Source: Octopus vulgaris (Eukaryota). Taken from it: a stretch of 64,000 bases of DNA. How positions within the stretch are numbered: position 1 is the stretch's first letter; the number at the start of each line of letters is the position of its first letter. The DNA is taken from the NCBI GenBank assembly GCA_951406725.2, contig OX597816.1:10044001-10108000 (forward strand), read 5' to 3'. This document shows positions 11,221 to 23,806 of this stretch, one piece after another. The notes beneath the pieces were generated by a model. That model saw nothing but the letters and a program-made list of their open reading frames with translations, ran no database searches and was not told where the DNA came from. A program made the translations under genes and the position numbers.

Positions 11221-12364
11221 TCTCAATACTATGAAAGTTGGATATTAAACTCCCCAACAGAACAACCTCCGGTGCTACAATGAACTCTAACAGTCAATTT
11301 TGTGATAAGGTGGTCTCACATTTTCTAATTATTCTGTATTTAATAACCACGAACAATTTTCATTAAAAAACTTTATTATGGCAGGTTTACTGATTAGTGG
11401 AATGAGTCACAGAATCTATTTCAAGTCAGTCTCACATGCATTCCACTTCCAGTGTCTGGTGCTGAAGAACAGATAACACCTCTAAAATGCATGCATCCAT
11501 CAGTCTGGCTAGTGCATGCTTTGAACTGATTTGGTGTATCTATAGCTATTTGTCTACTGCAAGAAATTTTCTGTGATAAAATACAGTAAATGGCTTCCAT
11601 ACAGATTCAAATATGGTTCAAGCACATTGAACTGGTAACAAGTTTATCTTTCTATACACCATGACTTAGCACTTTGATTTCATAGTTCTTTAAGAGGTTT
11701 GGTTGTATATGGCAATTATTTCCTGGTTGTTAGTTTATTTCAAAGTATTTTCTATTGGTTCATGTTCATTGATTATGTAATGATCAATCCTTCTGTCTTT
11801 CGGATCCCTGTTCATTGATCTTTGCTGTGGTCAATTCTTCCTTTTTCTTTTTATCTCCTCTTGTCATTGTTTCATTGTTCTACATTCCTAATTAAAATTT
11901 TTTAAGCAAGTTTATGGAAGCATGAAATTAATTATAAAAGGAAAGTTACCAACCAAAGAAAAATTTTTGGTGGCACAATTTAAGTTTATGGTTCCTGCAT
12001 CCAAGAATAGGAATCCAATCAATAATTATTCAATAAAATCAACAAATAGCAGCAGCTTATGATGTTGAGTCTGTCAGTGTGTAATATTTACGAATATCAC
12101 GCAAGATATTGTTGTACTTTAGCTCTGTGTTAGCTATATTCAAGCATACCTTTGATCTAAGGCTTTCTAAACATAATCATCCTGTTCTTTTCTGGGTACA
12201 GTGCACCCAGAAAGAAAAAAAAATCTAAAGTGTGTTTTATTTTTAAGAGAGTAAATGAATTGAAGAGATTTGGTTGTTTTTCCTAGCAGACCAAGCAACC
12301 ACATAGAAATCCTCTACTCCTCATAAGCTTGTATCATGCAAAGATCATGCATGTGTGTGTGTGT

Positions 12365-12551
12365 GAAAGAGAGCCTCCTCCTTCAGAAAACATCTAGACA
12401 GATGCCGGAACACCGACAAAAATATAACAGTCACAATTGAGACCAGTGAAAGAAATTTGGGTAACCTAAGAAGTAAGGAAGCTATCCTCATAGACAGACT
12501 AGCGCCCCAAATTAACAACAGGCTGGAGGTTGGCAATCGATATATTATTTA
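12365..12551 (+). pseudogene. C-terminus of a Penelope-like GIY-YIG endonuclease (5'-truncated)
   Basis: Plus strand reads ASSFRKHLDRCRNTDKNITVTIETSERNLGNLRSKEAILIDRLAPQINNRLEVGNRYII*; the H..C and LxxxEAxxI....PxIN pattern is typical of PLE endonuclease ends. Confidence 0.7.
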
Positions 12552-12630
12552 GCTACATCTGGATGCGTGTAGATTCATTTTTGATAACATGCTCATGTAT
12601 TATTTATAAAAAAAAAAACAAAGAAAGAAA

Positions 12631-13210
12631 GAGAGGAAAATATAAGGAAACTGCATGTATAATACATATCATAGAAGCAGCGCTACGGATGTGCCAGTAC
12701 ACACGAGGTTGAGACATGGCCACCCTCACGCACTTCTCATGAAGAATTTCATTAGGAGCTTTGTGAGACGACTGCAGACAAGCTTTCAGAAAATAAAAAA
12801 AAACGTTCAGAAACTGATTATAGCAGTGTTATCAGTAAATTAGAAATTAACCTTGTTGAAATATGCTCCATTTGAGCGTGGTCGTTGCCAGTGCCACCTG
12901 ACTGGCTCCTGTACTGGTGGCACATAAAAAGCACCAGTCAAGTGTGGCCGAAGCCAGTACCACCTGACTGGCCCTCATGCCAGTGGCACGTAAAAACCAC
13001 CCACTACACTCTCGGAGTGGTTGGCATTAGGACACAATCACACACACACAAACACAACTTCTATAACGTTCACTTCCTAGCCATGTGATTTTGGGTTCAG
13101 TCCCACTGTATGGCACCTTGGACAAGTGTCTTCTGCAATAGACTCCAGCTAACCAAAACTTTGTGAGTGAATTTGATAGGTAGAAGCTGAAAGAAGCTTC
13201 TAATATATGC

Positions 13211-13251
<41 letters not shown>

Positions 13252-13658
13252 AAGAGGAAAATATAAGGAAACTGCATGTATAATACATATCATAGAAGCA
13301 GCGCTACGGATGTGCCAGTACACACGAGGTTGAGACATGGCCGCCCTCACGCACTTCTCATGAAGAATTTCATTTGGAGCTTTGTGAGACCACTGCAGAC
13401 AAGCTTTCAGAAAATAAAAAAACGTTCAGAAACTGATTATAGCAGTGTTATCAGTAAATTAGAAATTAACCTTGTTGAAATATGCTCCATTTGAGCGTGG
13501 TCATTGCCAGTGCCGCCTGACTGGCTCCTGTGCTGGTGGCACATAAAAAGCACCAGTCAAGCATGGCCGAAGCCAGTACCACCTGACTGGCCCTCATGCC
13601 AGTGGCATGTAAAAAGCACCCACTACACTCTCGGAGTGGTTGGCATTAGGACACAAAC

Positions 13659-13693
<35 letters not shown>

Positions 13694-13851
13694 CACAACT
13701 TCTATAACGTTCACTTCCTAGCCATGTGATTTTGGGTTCAGTCTCACTGTATGGCACCTTGGACAAGTGTCTTCTGCAATAGACTCCAGCTAACCAAAAC
13801 TTTGTGAGTGAATTTGATAGGTAGAAGCTGAAAGAAGCTTCTAATATATGG

Positions 13852-13890
<39 letters not shown>
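12631..13890 (+). repeat. Tandem duplication of a ~620-bp composite unit (PLE terminal segment, RTE-tail fragment, SINE head, TG/TA tract)
   Basis: 12631-13250 is nearly identical to 13251-13890; ORF track pairs 12655/13276 and 12885/13504. Confidence 0.9.
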
Positions 13891-13896
<6 letters not shown>

Positions 13897-13930
13897 TATA
13901 TACGGGTGTGTGTGATTGTATATAGAAGAA

Positions 13931-14144
13931 TATATTAATAAAAGGAATTCCAACCTTGTCTGATTTTCACATTTTATTTACAATCTTATAATGATATAAG
14001 ATAAGATAATATTGAACTAGGTTCAATCAGAATGAACATTTAACATTCTATTATTTTATTTTATTTTATTATATTATGTTATCTTATATCATTATAAGAT
14101 TGTAAATAAAACGTGAAAATCAGACAAGGTTGGAATTCCTTTTA

Positions 14145-14152
<8 letters not shown>
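13931..14152. repeat. Near-perfect inverted repeat, ~80-bp arms, next to (TA)n
   Basis: tattaataaaaggaattccaaccttgtctgattttcac... / ...gtgaaaatcagacaaggttggaattccttttattaata. Confidence 0.9.
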
Positions 14153-14196
<44 letters not shown>

Positions 14197-14197
<1 letters not shown>

Positions 14198-14362
14198 CCT
14201 CCCTTACTTGGAACTTTCCTTTTCCTATGTTTCTGACGAAGAGCTCTGCTTGAAATGTTAAATCCTCCTTTTTTCCCTTTCCTGAGCGTCCAATAACACT
14301 ATACTTGTTCCATGTCCTCGCGTTGTTGTGCTTTCTCTTTGTTCATGTTTGGATTAACTATT
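14197..14362 (+). mobile_element. Penelope-like terminal fragment with a hammerhead-like motif (14229-14263)
   Basis: GTTT-CTGACGA-A-GAGC-TCT-GCTT-GAAA-TGT-T-AAAT; paralogous to 8660-8852. Confidence 0.6.
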
Positions 14363-14929
14363 TATATATATGTGTGTGTGTGTGTATGTGTGTGTGTGTG
14401 TGTGGAAACTAAAAATTCAGGAGTCTGTAGGTACAAATAAATTTTATTGTGAAGAATACAAAATTCTGACATTTCAAATCATATCTTGGCAAGTATCTTT
14501 ATTATAGTTTTGGGTTATCCCGATCATCTGTGTGTGAAATTTGGTCAAAAGTAACGAATTGAATAAAATGACTTTACCTTTATCAAAACATGAAACTCTA
14601 AAGGAAAGTTTCTTAATTTCAATCACTTTAAACGAGAAGTTTGTAACGTAGAACCAGGGGCTGGTTGGTTGGTTGGTTGCTGTTAAAAAGTTGATAAAAG
14701 AAATATAAAGTCAAACCAAAAAAGAAATGACGGATTCTTTGCCTTTAAGGAAACAATAAAATATAAACTAGAATCTAATTACAAAAAGGAAAAAGATTTA
14801 AATAAAGATAAAATGAAAAGCCAGGAAACAAAAGCAACAGGTAAAAAATTAAGTAGGATTCTAAAAAAAAAAAAAAAGAAGAAAAAAACCTAATGAAAAA
14901 AAGGAAACGGAGAAAAACATTTCCAGCAT

Positions 14930-15540
14930 CAACATCCTGCAAGACTTGACAAAAAGGAAATAAGTAAGCATAAAAGCCAACAATGATTCAAAAGCTTTGG
15001 ACTAAAAGCAAAAATGAAAGGTTTTGGTTTTAGCTGCACAAAATCAATAACTACACATAAAAAAAAATGTACATACACAAAAAAAAAAAAAATAATGAAA
15101 TAAGAGGTTAACATCAACTGCAGACTCTGCCATCAATTTGCTGACATGGCAATATGAAATCTGAGAATAAATGGCATAAACATGGTAAGTGCCAATGACA
15201 ACACTATGATAACCTGACATATGTCTGTCCAGACTGACACAGAGATCAAAGTAAACCTCTCCAAATAAACTCATCGAAAGAAAGAAAAAATCTATTGCAG
15301 TCTGATAGACATTTCCATTTCTTCTCGATCAAAGAATTGCATGAAAGGGAGTAAAAGAAGAGAAAAATCAATCCCAGTGCAAATACCTTGAAATGGAAAT
15401 GGGGTTTAACAGCAAAACTGGTACCAATAATAATTGGTATATTGGCTCTGATAAAGAACACGAACAAAAAAAAAAAAATATCAGGAATTGCAAGTTTACA
15501 TTCCATCCAAGAAATATTTCTGCCAGGCATATCATACATT
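14930..15540 (+). pseudogene. Degraded C-terminus of an R4/Dong-like LINE (restriction-like endonuclease region)
   Basis: Remnants GLKAKMKGF..LAAQNQ, CRLC, SVQTDTEIKVN, CSLIDISI and WGLTAKLVPIIIGILALI, in the expected order. Confidence 0.6.
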
Positions 15541-15955
15541 CTCTTTTACTCTTTTACTCTTTTACTTGTTTCAGTCATTTGACTGCGGCCATGCTGGAGC
15601 ACCACCTTTAGTCGAGCAAATCGACCCCGGGACTTATTCTTTGTAAGCCCAGTACTTATTCTATCGGTCTCTTTTGCCGAACCGCTAAGTGACGGGGACG
15701 TAAACACACCAGCATCGGTTGTCAAGCAATGCTAGGGGGACAAACACACATACACAAACACACACACATACACATATATATATACATATATACGACAGGC
15801 TTCTTTCAGTTTCCGTCTACCAAATCCACTCACAAGGCATTGGTCGGCCTGGGGCTATAGCAGAAGACACTTGCCCAAGATGCCACGCAGTGGGACTGAA
15901 CCCGGAACCATGTGGTTGGTTAGCAAGCTACTTACCACACAGCCACTCCTGCACC
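15541..15955 (-). mobile_element. SINE family A, complete young copy
   Basis: Full head-to-tail match with a (gagtaaaa)n-type tail. Confidence 0.9.
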
Positions 15956-16369
15956 TATAGTCAACAGCATACAGCTTTTGTAGTTCATTCTCTGCCACAC
16001 ATTACTTTCCTAAAATTGTAACACATGTTACACAGTATATAAGTTAATGGGTATTTGATACAACCTGTATTTGTCTGTTGCTTATATATTTCTGTAGATG
16101 ACATTGGCCACTCTGAGTTACTTCCCTTAGCTAGTTTTTGTTTAATATATGCCGTCCTCTGTAGTAATGCAACTCTCTCTTACTCTGACAGTCTCTCTCT
16201 CTCTCTCTTTCCTCATTCACTTTGTTGTCCTCCTGGGGGTAGCCAAGCATTTTACAGTTATCTCTAACCTACCATATTCTAACCCCTTGCCTGTTCCTCT
16301 CCCTCTCTCTGCTCAGATGTCTTTGTCTTGCATGCCACTTGGTGACCCCATCGATACTGGCCCCACATA

Positions 16370-17645
16370 TCAGGTCATTAAAAATGAAATGTCCAATTTT
16401 GAACTGAAAGTTTTTTTTTACTTTATCTCAACAAAAAGGCAATGCAGTTAATCAAAGTATGCACCTGAATTATCAACACAATTTTGCCATTTTATCAGAA
16501 GCTTATTTACGCTGGCAGCAAAGAATTCTGGAGAGCAAGAGGTGATGAAATCATGAAAGGCTGGTTTTGCATCTTCTCCAGATCTGAAGCTTTTTCCTTG
16601 CAAAAAGTTGTGTAATGCCTGGAAAACATAATAGTCAGTTGGTGCAAGGTCTGGTGAATGTGGTGGATGACAGAGTACTTCCAAGTTCAGTTCCTGTAAC
16701 TTGAATAGCGTTCTTTGTGTGACATGTGGCCGAGTATTGTCTTGCAAGAGAATAGGCCTGTCTCTGTTGACCAATCTCGGTTGTTTAATTGCAAGTTCAC
16801 TCATCATTTCATCCAATTGGTTGATGTATACATCTGCTGTAATTGACTTACTGGGTCTCGTGAAGTTGTAGTAGATGACACCAGCGCTGGACCACCAAAC
16901 AGACACCATTAGCTTTCTTTGGTAAATATTCTTCTTGGGATTGTGTTTTGACACTTCGTTTGTATCCAACCACCATACAGAATGCTTGCTATTGTTGAAA
17001 AGAATCCATTTTTCATAACATGTAACAATATGATACAAAAACGGTTCGCTTTTATGCCATGACAGCAAGTTTCAGGATGACATGTCATATGATGCTCATT
17101 CAGTTTGTGTGGTACCCACTTGTCCAGCCTCTTTACCTTGCTGATTTGTCTCGGATGGTCCAGTACAGTTTGAATCGTAACATCAAACCTTGCTGCTGAC
17201 TCACATTTGGTTTGAGATGTATCTACTTCCATTACAGTTTCTAGCTCATCATTATCCACCTTGGTCTCAGGTCTACCACAAGGTTGATTTTCAAGAGTAA
17301 AGTCACCAGACTTGAACTTCTCAGACCATTGGCATACAGTGTGTTCATTCACATCTTCACCAAACACTCCATTGATGTTTTGAGCTGTCTGAGATGCATG
17401 GGTTCCATAACAGAACTCATATTCATAAACAACACAAATTTTTTTATCTATCCATGGATTCACAAAAATTGATTTATAAGAGAAATCTCTCAAAATAATC
17501 AGACACCATGAATTGCATTTCAAAAAGTAATAATGTAACTTTTCAATGTTGTAAAACAAAGAATTGTCACGATAAAATTATTAGAGTTAACGACTGTCAA
17601 ACTTGGTGCGTAAGAAAACTGGTCATTTCATTCTTAATGACCTGA
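16370..17645 (-). mobile_element. Full-length (~1276 bp) mariner transposon with TA TSD, inserted into an RTE 3' remnant
   Basis: TA-tcaggtcattaaaaatgaaatgtccaatttt / aaaactggtcatttcattcttaatgacctga-TA; RTE-tail sequence continues on both sides (16320-16369 and 17646-17935). Confidence 0.95.
16448..17455 (-). pseudogene. Frameshifted mariner DD34D transposase
   Basis: Overlapping ORFs 16909-17559 (HTH region, WVPHKL) and 16448-17068 (TCYEKW, QDNTRPH, HSPDLAPTDY); the first catalytic D appears to be replaced by Y. Confidence 0.92.
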
Positions 17646-18877
17646 TAAAAAGCACTCATGCTGGTACCATGTTAAGAGCACATGTGCTGGTGCCACGAAA
17701 AAAGCATTCAATCTGGTGCCGCATAAAAAGCACCTGTGCCGGTACAATGTAAAAATGCAGTTTGTACACTCTGTGAAGTGCTTAGCTTTAGGAAGAGCAT
17801 CCAGCTGTAGAAACCATCCAAAACAGTCAACTGGAACCTGAGGCAACCCTCCAACTTGCCATATCATGTCGAACTGTCCAGCCCAGGCCAGCATGGAAAA
17901 TAGACATCAAATGATGATGATGATGATGATGATATGCAAGCTACTTTGGCTGGAAATATATTCTACTCACTTTATATATGTTTATGTCCCTTAGCTGCTA
18001 GAGGTAAGGTAGGACAATTGTCACACTGATGTTGTCTATTGCAGCAGAAACACATGTCCATGACTATCTGTTCATCTCTGTATAATAAGCCTGTCCTTTT
18101 TGTTAATGGTATGTCAGTTTTGGAGAATCCTTGATTATTGAAATTATTATTTATATATCATAGACTATAACAGTCAATTAATGTTGTGGAATGGTTTTGA
18201 TTTAGCCATGTCCAATGATTGCTAATTTACACCTCCACTTCTTGACAGTTATCAGAATGAAAGTATTTGGTAACATGAATTGGCTGTTTTGAGGCTGGAA
18301 TATTACCTCTGCATAAAAATCTCTGATATAAAGGTCAGCTGGTCAGTTTGTTGATTTCTCCAGGTATGCTTCACATTGTTTAAAGAGAGGCAGTAGATAG
18401 TAACAGAGGTATAAAGGGAGAGTGAGTTAATATGAGAGATGCAGAATAAGAGCACATATAAGGTTTGGTGACAGGCAATGATAACTTACTTGAGAAATAC
18501 ACACTTTTTAATAAAACTTTACAGAGATAGGTTTTTGATGGAGTAGATTGTGTTTACATTTATAAAATTTGGAAAAACCATAATGTATATTTATTGAAAA
18601 TATGCAAATGAGGAATTTTATTTTATTTAATTTTATTTGAAGGTGATATTTTTCTTTGGAAAATTAGTATTCACTTTACCATTCTGTATAAGTACCAAAA
18701 AAGTTATATTTATTACTATTGTGTGTATACCATATTTCCTGATATTAGCAGTGTTGGTTCAAATGTAATTCTAAATTTCTTGTCATGTGATAGCTCTCTA
18801 GTATGAATAATAATATACACACTCTATTACTTAATATATAGAAATATATGAAAAATCATTGCACAGCATATGTGTCA

Positions 18878-19250
18878 TGATCATCGTTTAACGTCCGTTT
18901 CCCATGCTAGCATGGGTTTGACAGTTCGACCGGGGTCTGGGAAGCCAGGAGGTTGCACCAGGCTCCAGTCTGATCTGGCAGTGTTTCTACAGCTGGGTGC
19001 CCTTCCTATCACCAATCACTCTGTGTGTGTAGTGGGTGCTTTTCATGTGCCAAGGAAGGCTGGCAAACGGCCACGATTGGTTGGTGCTTTTACATGTCAC
19101 CAACACGGACGCCAGTCAGGCGGCGCTGTTATCTGCCACGTTCAAACAGTGCCTTTTCCGTGTCACTGGCACGGGTATCTTAACTACAATTTCCATTTGA
19201 TTTTTATTTTGATGTTGGTGTTGACGTACCTGACTCAATAGCTCTCTTCA
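18878..19250 (-). mobile_element. RTE LINE 3' UTR remnant
   Basis: catcgtttaacgtccgtttcccatgctagcatggg...gactcaatagctctcttcaag. Confidence 0.8.
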
Positions 19251-19270
19251 AGAATATATATATATATGTA

Positions 19271-19482
19271 CAAGTTGGTACTGAAAAGTTCCTGGCTTTG
19301 GGTAAATGAAAATACAAGAAGATCAATTAATTATGATTTTATCCAACATACTCCCCCTCTCAGATTCACACACTTATTGCAGTGGTCCTTCAGTATGCTC
19401 TGTAAAAGAACTCAGAAGGTTGGGTCTCCAACCAGGCCTTTCGTGAGACCCTTAAAACCAGGAACTTTTTGACACCCCTTCG
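19271..19482. mobile_element. Mariner-type MITE with TA TSD
   Basis: TA-caagttggtactgaaaagttcctggcttt / aaaaccaggaactttttgacaccccttcg-TA. Confidence 0.75.
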
Positions 19483-19554
19483 TATACACACACACACACA
19501 CATACATACACATACCTGCATATATGTGTGTATTTCTGTTTATTTGCCTTGACA

Positions 19555-19762
19555 TTCTTTTCTACTCTAGGCACAAGGCCCAAAATTTAGGGGGAGGGGT
19601 CCAGTTGATTAGACTGACCCCAATACACAACTGGTACTTAATTTATCGACCCCCAAGAGGATGAAAGGCAAGACCTTGGCAGAATTTGAACTTGGAATGT
19701 AAAGACAGACGAAATACCGATAAACATTCTGCCTGGCGTGCTAACGTTTCTGCCAGCTCGCA
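19555..19762 (-). mobile_element. SINE family C
   Basis: ctggtacttaatttatcgaccccc...gatgaaaggcaa...gaatttgaac...gctaacgtttctgccagctcg. Confidence 0.75.
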
Positions 19763-20443
19763 AACATTGTTTCAGCATCTTACAACTGGTGTCATTTATT
19801 TCCAGTCCTCCGAGGAAATGTGTCTAGAAATAGGTGAGGGTTGGTGACAGGGATGGCATCCAACTGTAGAAAATCTGCCTGAATGAATTCTGTTGAAGTA
19901 GAGAAAAGTGGGTCTTAAAATGATGACGAGGATTATATTTTAGCTGAATTTAAAAATCAAAACAAAACAATAGATTTGACAATAACGACAAAATGGTGTT
20001 CAAATTGAAAGATTAAAATAGAATATAGGTATGTGTGTGTGTGTGTGTGTAAATATAAATAAAGTTTAGAGAAATTTCTCTGAAGCCAGGAATAAAAAAA
20101 AAAAGAATTAAAGAAATGAAATAATCATGTTAGTATATTTTGTTAAGTTTAAAATAATGTTTATGTAAGACGAAGACTAGAATAATAGAATCGAAAATGA
20201 ATTTTGTCTTTGCTTGTTATTTCTTGTTTTATATTGACAACATTATTCACATGAAAAATGGTTTACTTAGATTCTTTTTTTTTTTTTTGGTAAAGAAAAG
20301 AAATATTGGCAAATTGCATCTAATCTCAGTCAGTGTTGCAAGATCTAGAAATAGATCTGCTTTCAACATGCGGCACTGTGATGTTTTACAGCTGATTTTA
20401 CATGTGATGTTATGCTGCATGTTTCTTATTCATTTATCCATTA

Positions 20444-20826
20444 CTAGCAGTATCGCCCGGCGTTGCTCAGGTTTGTAAGGGAAATAACTATAAAGCATTT
20501 TTAGAGAGTTATAGCCAAAAAATAGCAAAAAAATGGGAAAAAAATGATGGTAAATTTTTTTTGAGAGTTAAAAAGGTGGAGTTGCGTCCCCTAGACGGTC
20601 TGTGGTTTGGGTTTCTGATTCTCGACCCCATGTCGAATTTATCGATCTTTTTCAGAACTGGGGGAACTTTTCAAAATTTTCGCTGCGTTAGTTTTGAATT
20701 ATGACATTGGGCTATGTGTGTGTCAAGTTTCATCAGAATCGGTTGAAAGCCATGGTCAGAGTGAGGGTACGAGAAAACAGACACACAGAAAACGCACAGA
20801 CAAACTGCCGTTTATATAGAGAGAGA
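20444..20826 (-). mobile_element. Non-autonomous Helitron
   Basis: Minus strand starts TC(tctctatataaa) and ends in a GC-rich subterminal segment plus CTAG; inserted between A and T with no TSD; carries aagtttcatcagaatcggttg and an acaga-rich tract. Confidence 0.75.
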
Positions 20827-20857
20827 TTATTATTATTATTGTTGTTGTTGTTGTTGT

Positions 20858-21180
20858 TGGCAGAAACATTAGCACGCTGGGCAAAATGCATAGCGGTATT
20901 TCGTCTGTCTTTACATTCTGAGTTCAAATTCCGCCGGGGTCGATAAATTAAGTACCAGTTATGCACTGTGGTCGATGTAATTGACTTAATCCGTTTGTCT
21001 GTCCTTGTTTGTCCCCTTTATGTTTAGCCCCTTGTGGGTAATAAAGAAACAGTTATTTCGTTTGTCTTTACATTCTGAGTTCAAATTTCGCCAAGGTCAA
21101 CTTTACCTTTCATCCTTTCAGGGTCGATAAATTAAGTACCAGTTGCGTACTGTGGTTGATTGATTGACTAGAGTAGAAAA
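20858..21180 (+). mobile_element. SINE family C, dimeric
   Basis: Two successive ttacattctgagttcaaatt...ggtcgataaattaagtaccagtt units. Confidence 0.75.
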
Positions 21181-21368
21181 GATTCTCAGAAAAAAAAAAT
21201 CTAGTTTCCAGCAAGAACTAACTAGCTGGCATGTTTTGGAGGGTTTTTAGGCAAGGGACTGCAAGGGCTTGGCACTTCTACTGAAAGGCACTTTTGGTTT
21301 GAGATAAACTTTAGAGGTGGGTCTGCCCTAACATGTGTGCAGAGCTTTGAAACTGTTCTGTACACACA

Positions 21369-21762
21369 TGCACAGGAATGGCTGTGTGGTAAGTAGCTTA
21401 CTTCCCAACCACATAGTTCCAGGTTCAGTCCCACTGTGTGGCACCTTGGGCAAGTGTCTTCTACTATAGCCTTGGGCTGACCGAAGCCTTGTGAGTGGAT
21501 TTGGTAGATGGAAACTGAAAGAAGCCCATTGTAGATATATATGTGTGTGTGTGTGTGTGTGTGTCTGTGTTTGACCCACACCATCATTGACAACCGATGT
21601 TGGTGTGTTTACATCCCCATTACGTAGCAGTTCAGCAAAAGTGACCAATGGAATAAGTACTAGGTTTACAAAGAATAATTCCTGGGGCTGATTTATTCGG
21701 CTAAAGGCAGTGCTCCAGCATGGCTGCTGTCAAATGGTTAAAACAAATAGAAGAATGAAAGA
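21369..21762 (+). mobile_element. SINE family A
   Basis: Complete head-body-tail match. Confidence 0.85.
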
Positions 21763-23446
21763 CACAGATGCTGTGTTCGAGCACAGCAATGTTTGTGGAG
21801 TTATGCTCAACAGCTGTTGTTGTGTATTGGATGAATCCAACCATCCATAGAGTGTATCATTTTGATCACCCCAACACAACATTTGAACAAAGAAGGGCAA
21901 GTGATGTTATTCCTCTGTCTAGTGGCTATGAGGAAAGAAGCCTGGAAGGTTTGAGGATGAAGTTGACTACCTCTTCAGTCAAGCGTTCACCAACTTTTCT
22001 AAGTTTTTATTGGAATGGATTGTCAGGGTGGAGAGGGATGTGCTTTGCCAAAAGGTGGGTAACTGGGGAAAATGATTAAGGTGCACAGACTTTGCTAAAC
22101 ATGCGTCTGTGAATTGGAGAATGACAGTTAAGCAAGAGCATATTCCCTTGGTTATCAGGATGATCCTGGGCTTGAGGTTCCTTGATTTGCTCTGGTTGGA
22201 GGTTCTCATCTCCCAAGAACGCTGTATAATACTTTGTGTGATAAGTATACTTTCAACTCATCAGCTTCCCCCACTCTCCCTTTCTTCCTCTCATCTTTAC
22301 AGAAATTGCCGACTGCCCTTTTAATGTCTCTCTGATCTGATGCCCTTGTGGCAAATAAAAGAAAGCAATATCATCATTGCTATTATTTCCATCATCATCA
22401 TCATAATTATTAGTATCATCTGTGTTTGTATTATTTTACTTGTTTATCTGGTAGAAGCAGAGCTGGTTTTCCAAGCGAGATTCGATGTCTTTGTTTATTG
22501 TTTTCTATGTCAATATTTAATGCCAGCCATATTGAACCTGCATAAATATAAAGGTTTCACAAAACTCTAAATAAGAAATTACAAGCAAAATTTATCCATT
22601 TCGCTTGCATTTACAAGCAAAATGGATAAACCACGAAGTGCGAACGTGTTTCTTCTACGAATCAAATCAAATGGAATGATATTAATCATTGTATTTGTTT
22701 TCCATGTTGAAACATTTTGAAAACTGTGGTTGTTTTGTTGGATCTGAAAGGTTTGCAGGCATTGCAATTGATAAAACTTTGCATGTAGATATGGAGACGT
22801 TTTGGAAATTACGTATTTGAAAAATTATTCATGTTTTGGAAAGATAACCAGTATCCATATTTATAATTTGATGTACAGAATGAAATGACCCATGAGTGTT
22901 GAGAGATAATTTATCATAGTGACCGGAGGCTGAGATTATGAGTGTTAAATATGACAGCATGTTCTCTCATGCAATAATATTTCTGTCACCATTGCTAGAA
23001 AAGTTGGTGTCAAATATTCATTCTTTACTATGTAATGTAAAATTAATTTCCACTTGTCTCTGCCGAACAGCTATCTGTTTCTTTTACTTAACCGTTTGTC
23101 TTGGTTTAGTACACGCATGTTTCTAATAATAACCGAGTCTTAATTATTTCATCATTTAACGAAGAGTTTTAAATATCTGTGTGTCTGAGATGCTGTCATG
23201 TCCTGTTTGTACATGTGTGCATCTTTTTGTACAAAATAGTCTCTGCTTTGTAATATCAGATTGAACTGCTTTTAGCTACTGCGATAAGGCATGGCATTGA
23301 TGTGTAGTTAACAATTCCAGTTCCCTGATGTGTAATTTCAGGTTCAGTCCCACTGTGTGGCTCCTTCGGTTAGTGTCTTCAGCTATAACTCTGGACTGAC
23401 CAAAGTCTCGTAATTGATTTTGTTGGCAGAAACTAAAAGAAGCCTC

Positions 23447-23620
23447 AGTTCTATATTTAAGAGACGAGGAATTATATACATTATTTTCATTATTTACCTT
23501 ATTTACATTTGACGGATATTTGTCCTCATCTTGTTTGTTGTTAACATGTTTCGGCTGATATACCCTCCAGCCTTCATCAGGTGTCTTGGGGAAATTTCGA
23601 GCCTGGGTATTTTTCAATGT
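23447..23620 (-). mobile_element. Penelope-like terminal fragment with a hammerhead-like motif (23541-23586)
   Basis: Minus strand ACAC-CTGATGA-A-GGCTG-gagggtatat-CAGCC-GAAA-CATGT: perfect 5-bp stem II, 3' strand of stem I damaged. Confidence 0.6.
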
Positions 23621-23806
23621 TATTATTATTATTATTATTACTATTATTATTATTCAGGTCACTGCTTGGAATCAAACTCGGAATCTTGGGGTTAGTAACC
23701 TGCGCTTTTAATCACTACATGTTGTATATGCCCATATACTTGGGTGTGCGTGTGTGAGCATGTATGTATATGTGCATATATATATATATATATACACACA
23801 TATATA

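Noticed and set aside
21800-22330. Possible decayed PLE or LINE coding remnants here and at ~18000-18550 and 29750-30160
   Set aside because: Too degenerate to assign by eye; a profile search is needed
22595-22632. Short hairpin tttatccatttcgcttg / caagcaaaatggataaa as a pre-miRNA
   Set aside because: Only ~40 nt, and it is explained by a local duplication of ttacaagcaaaa; I recognise no known mature miRNA
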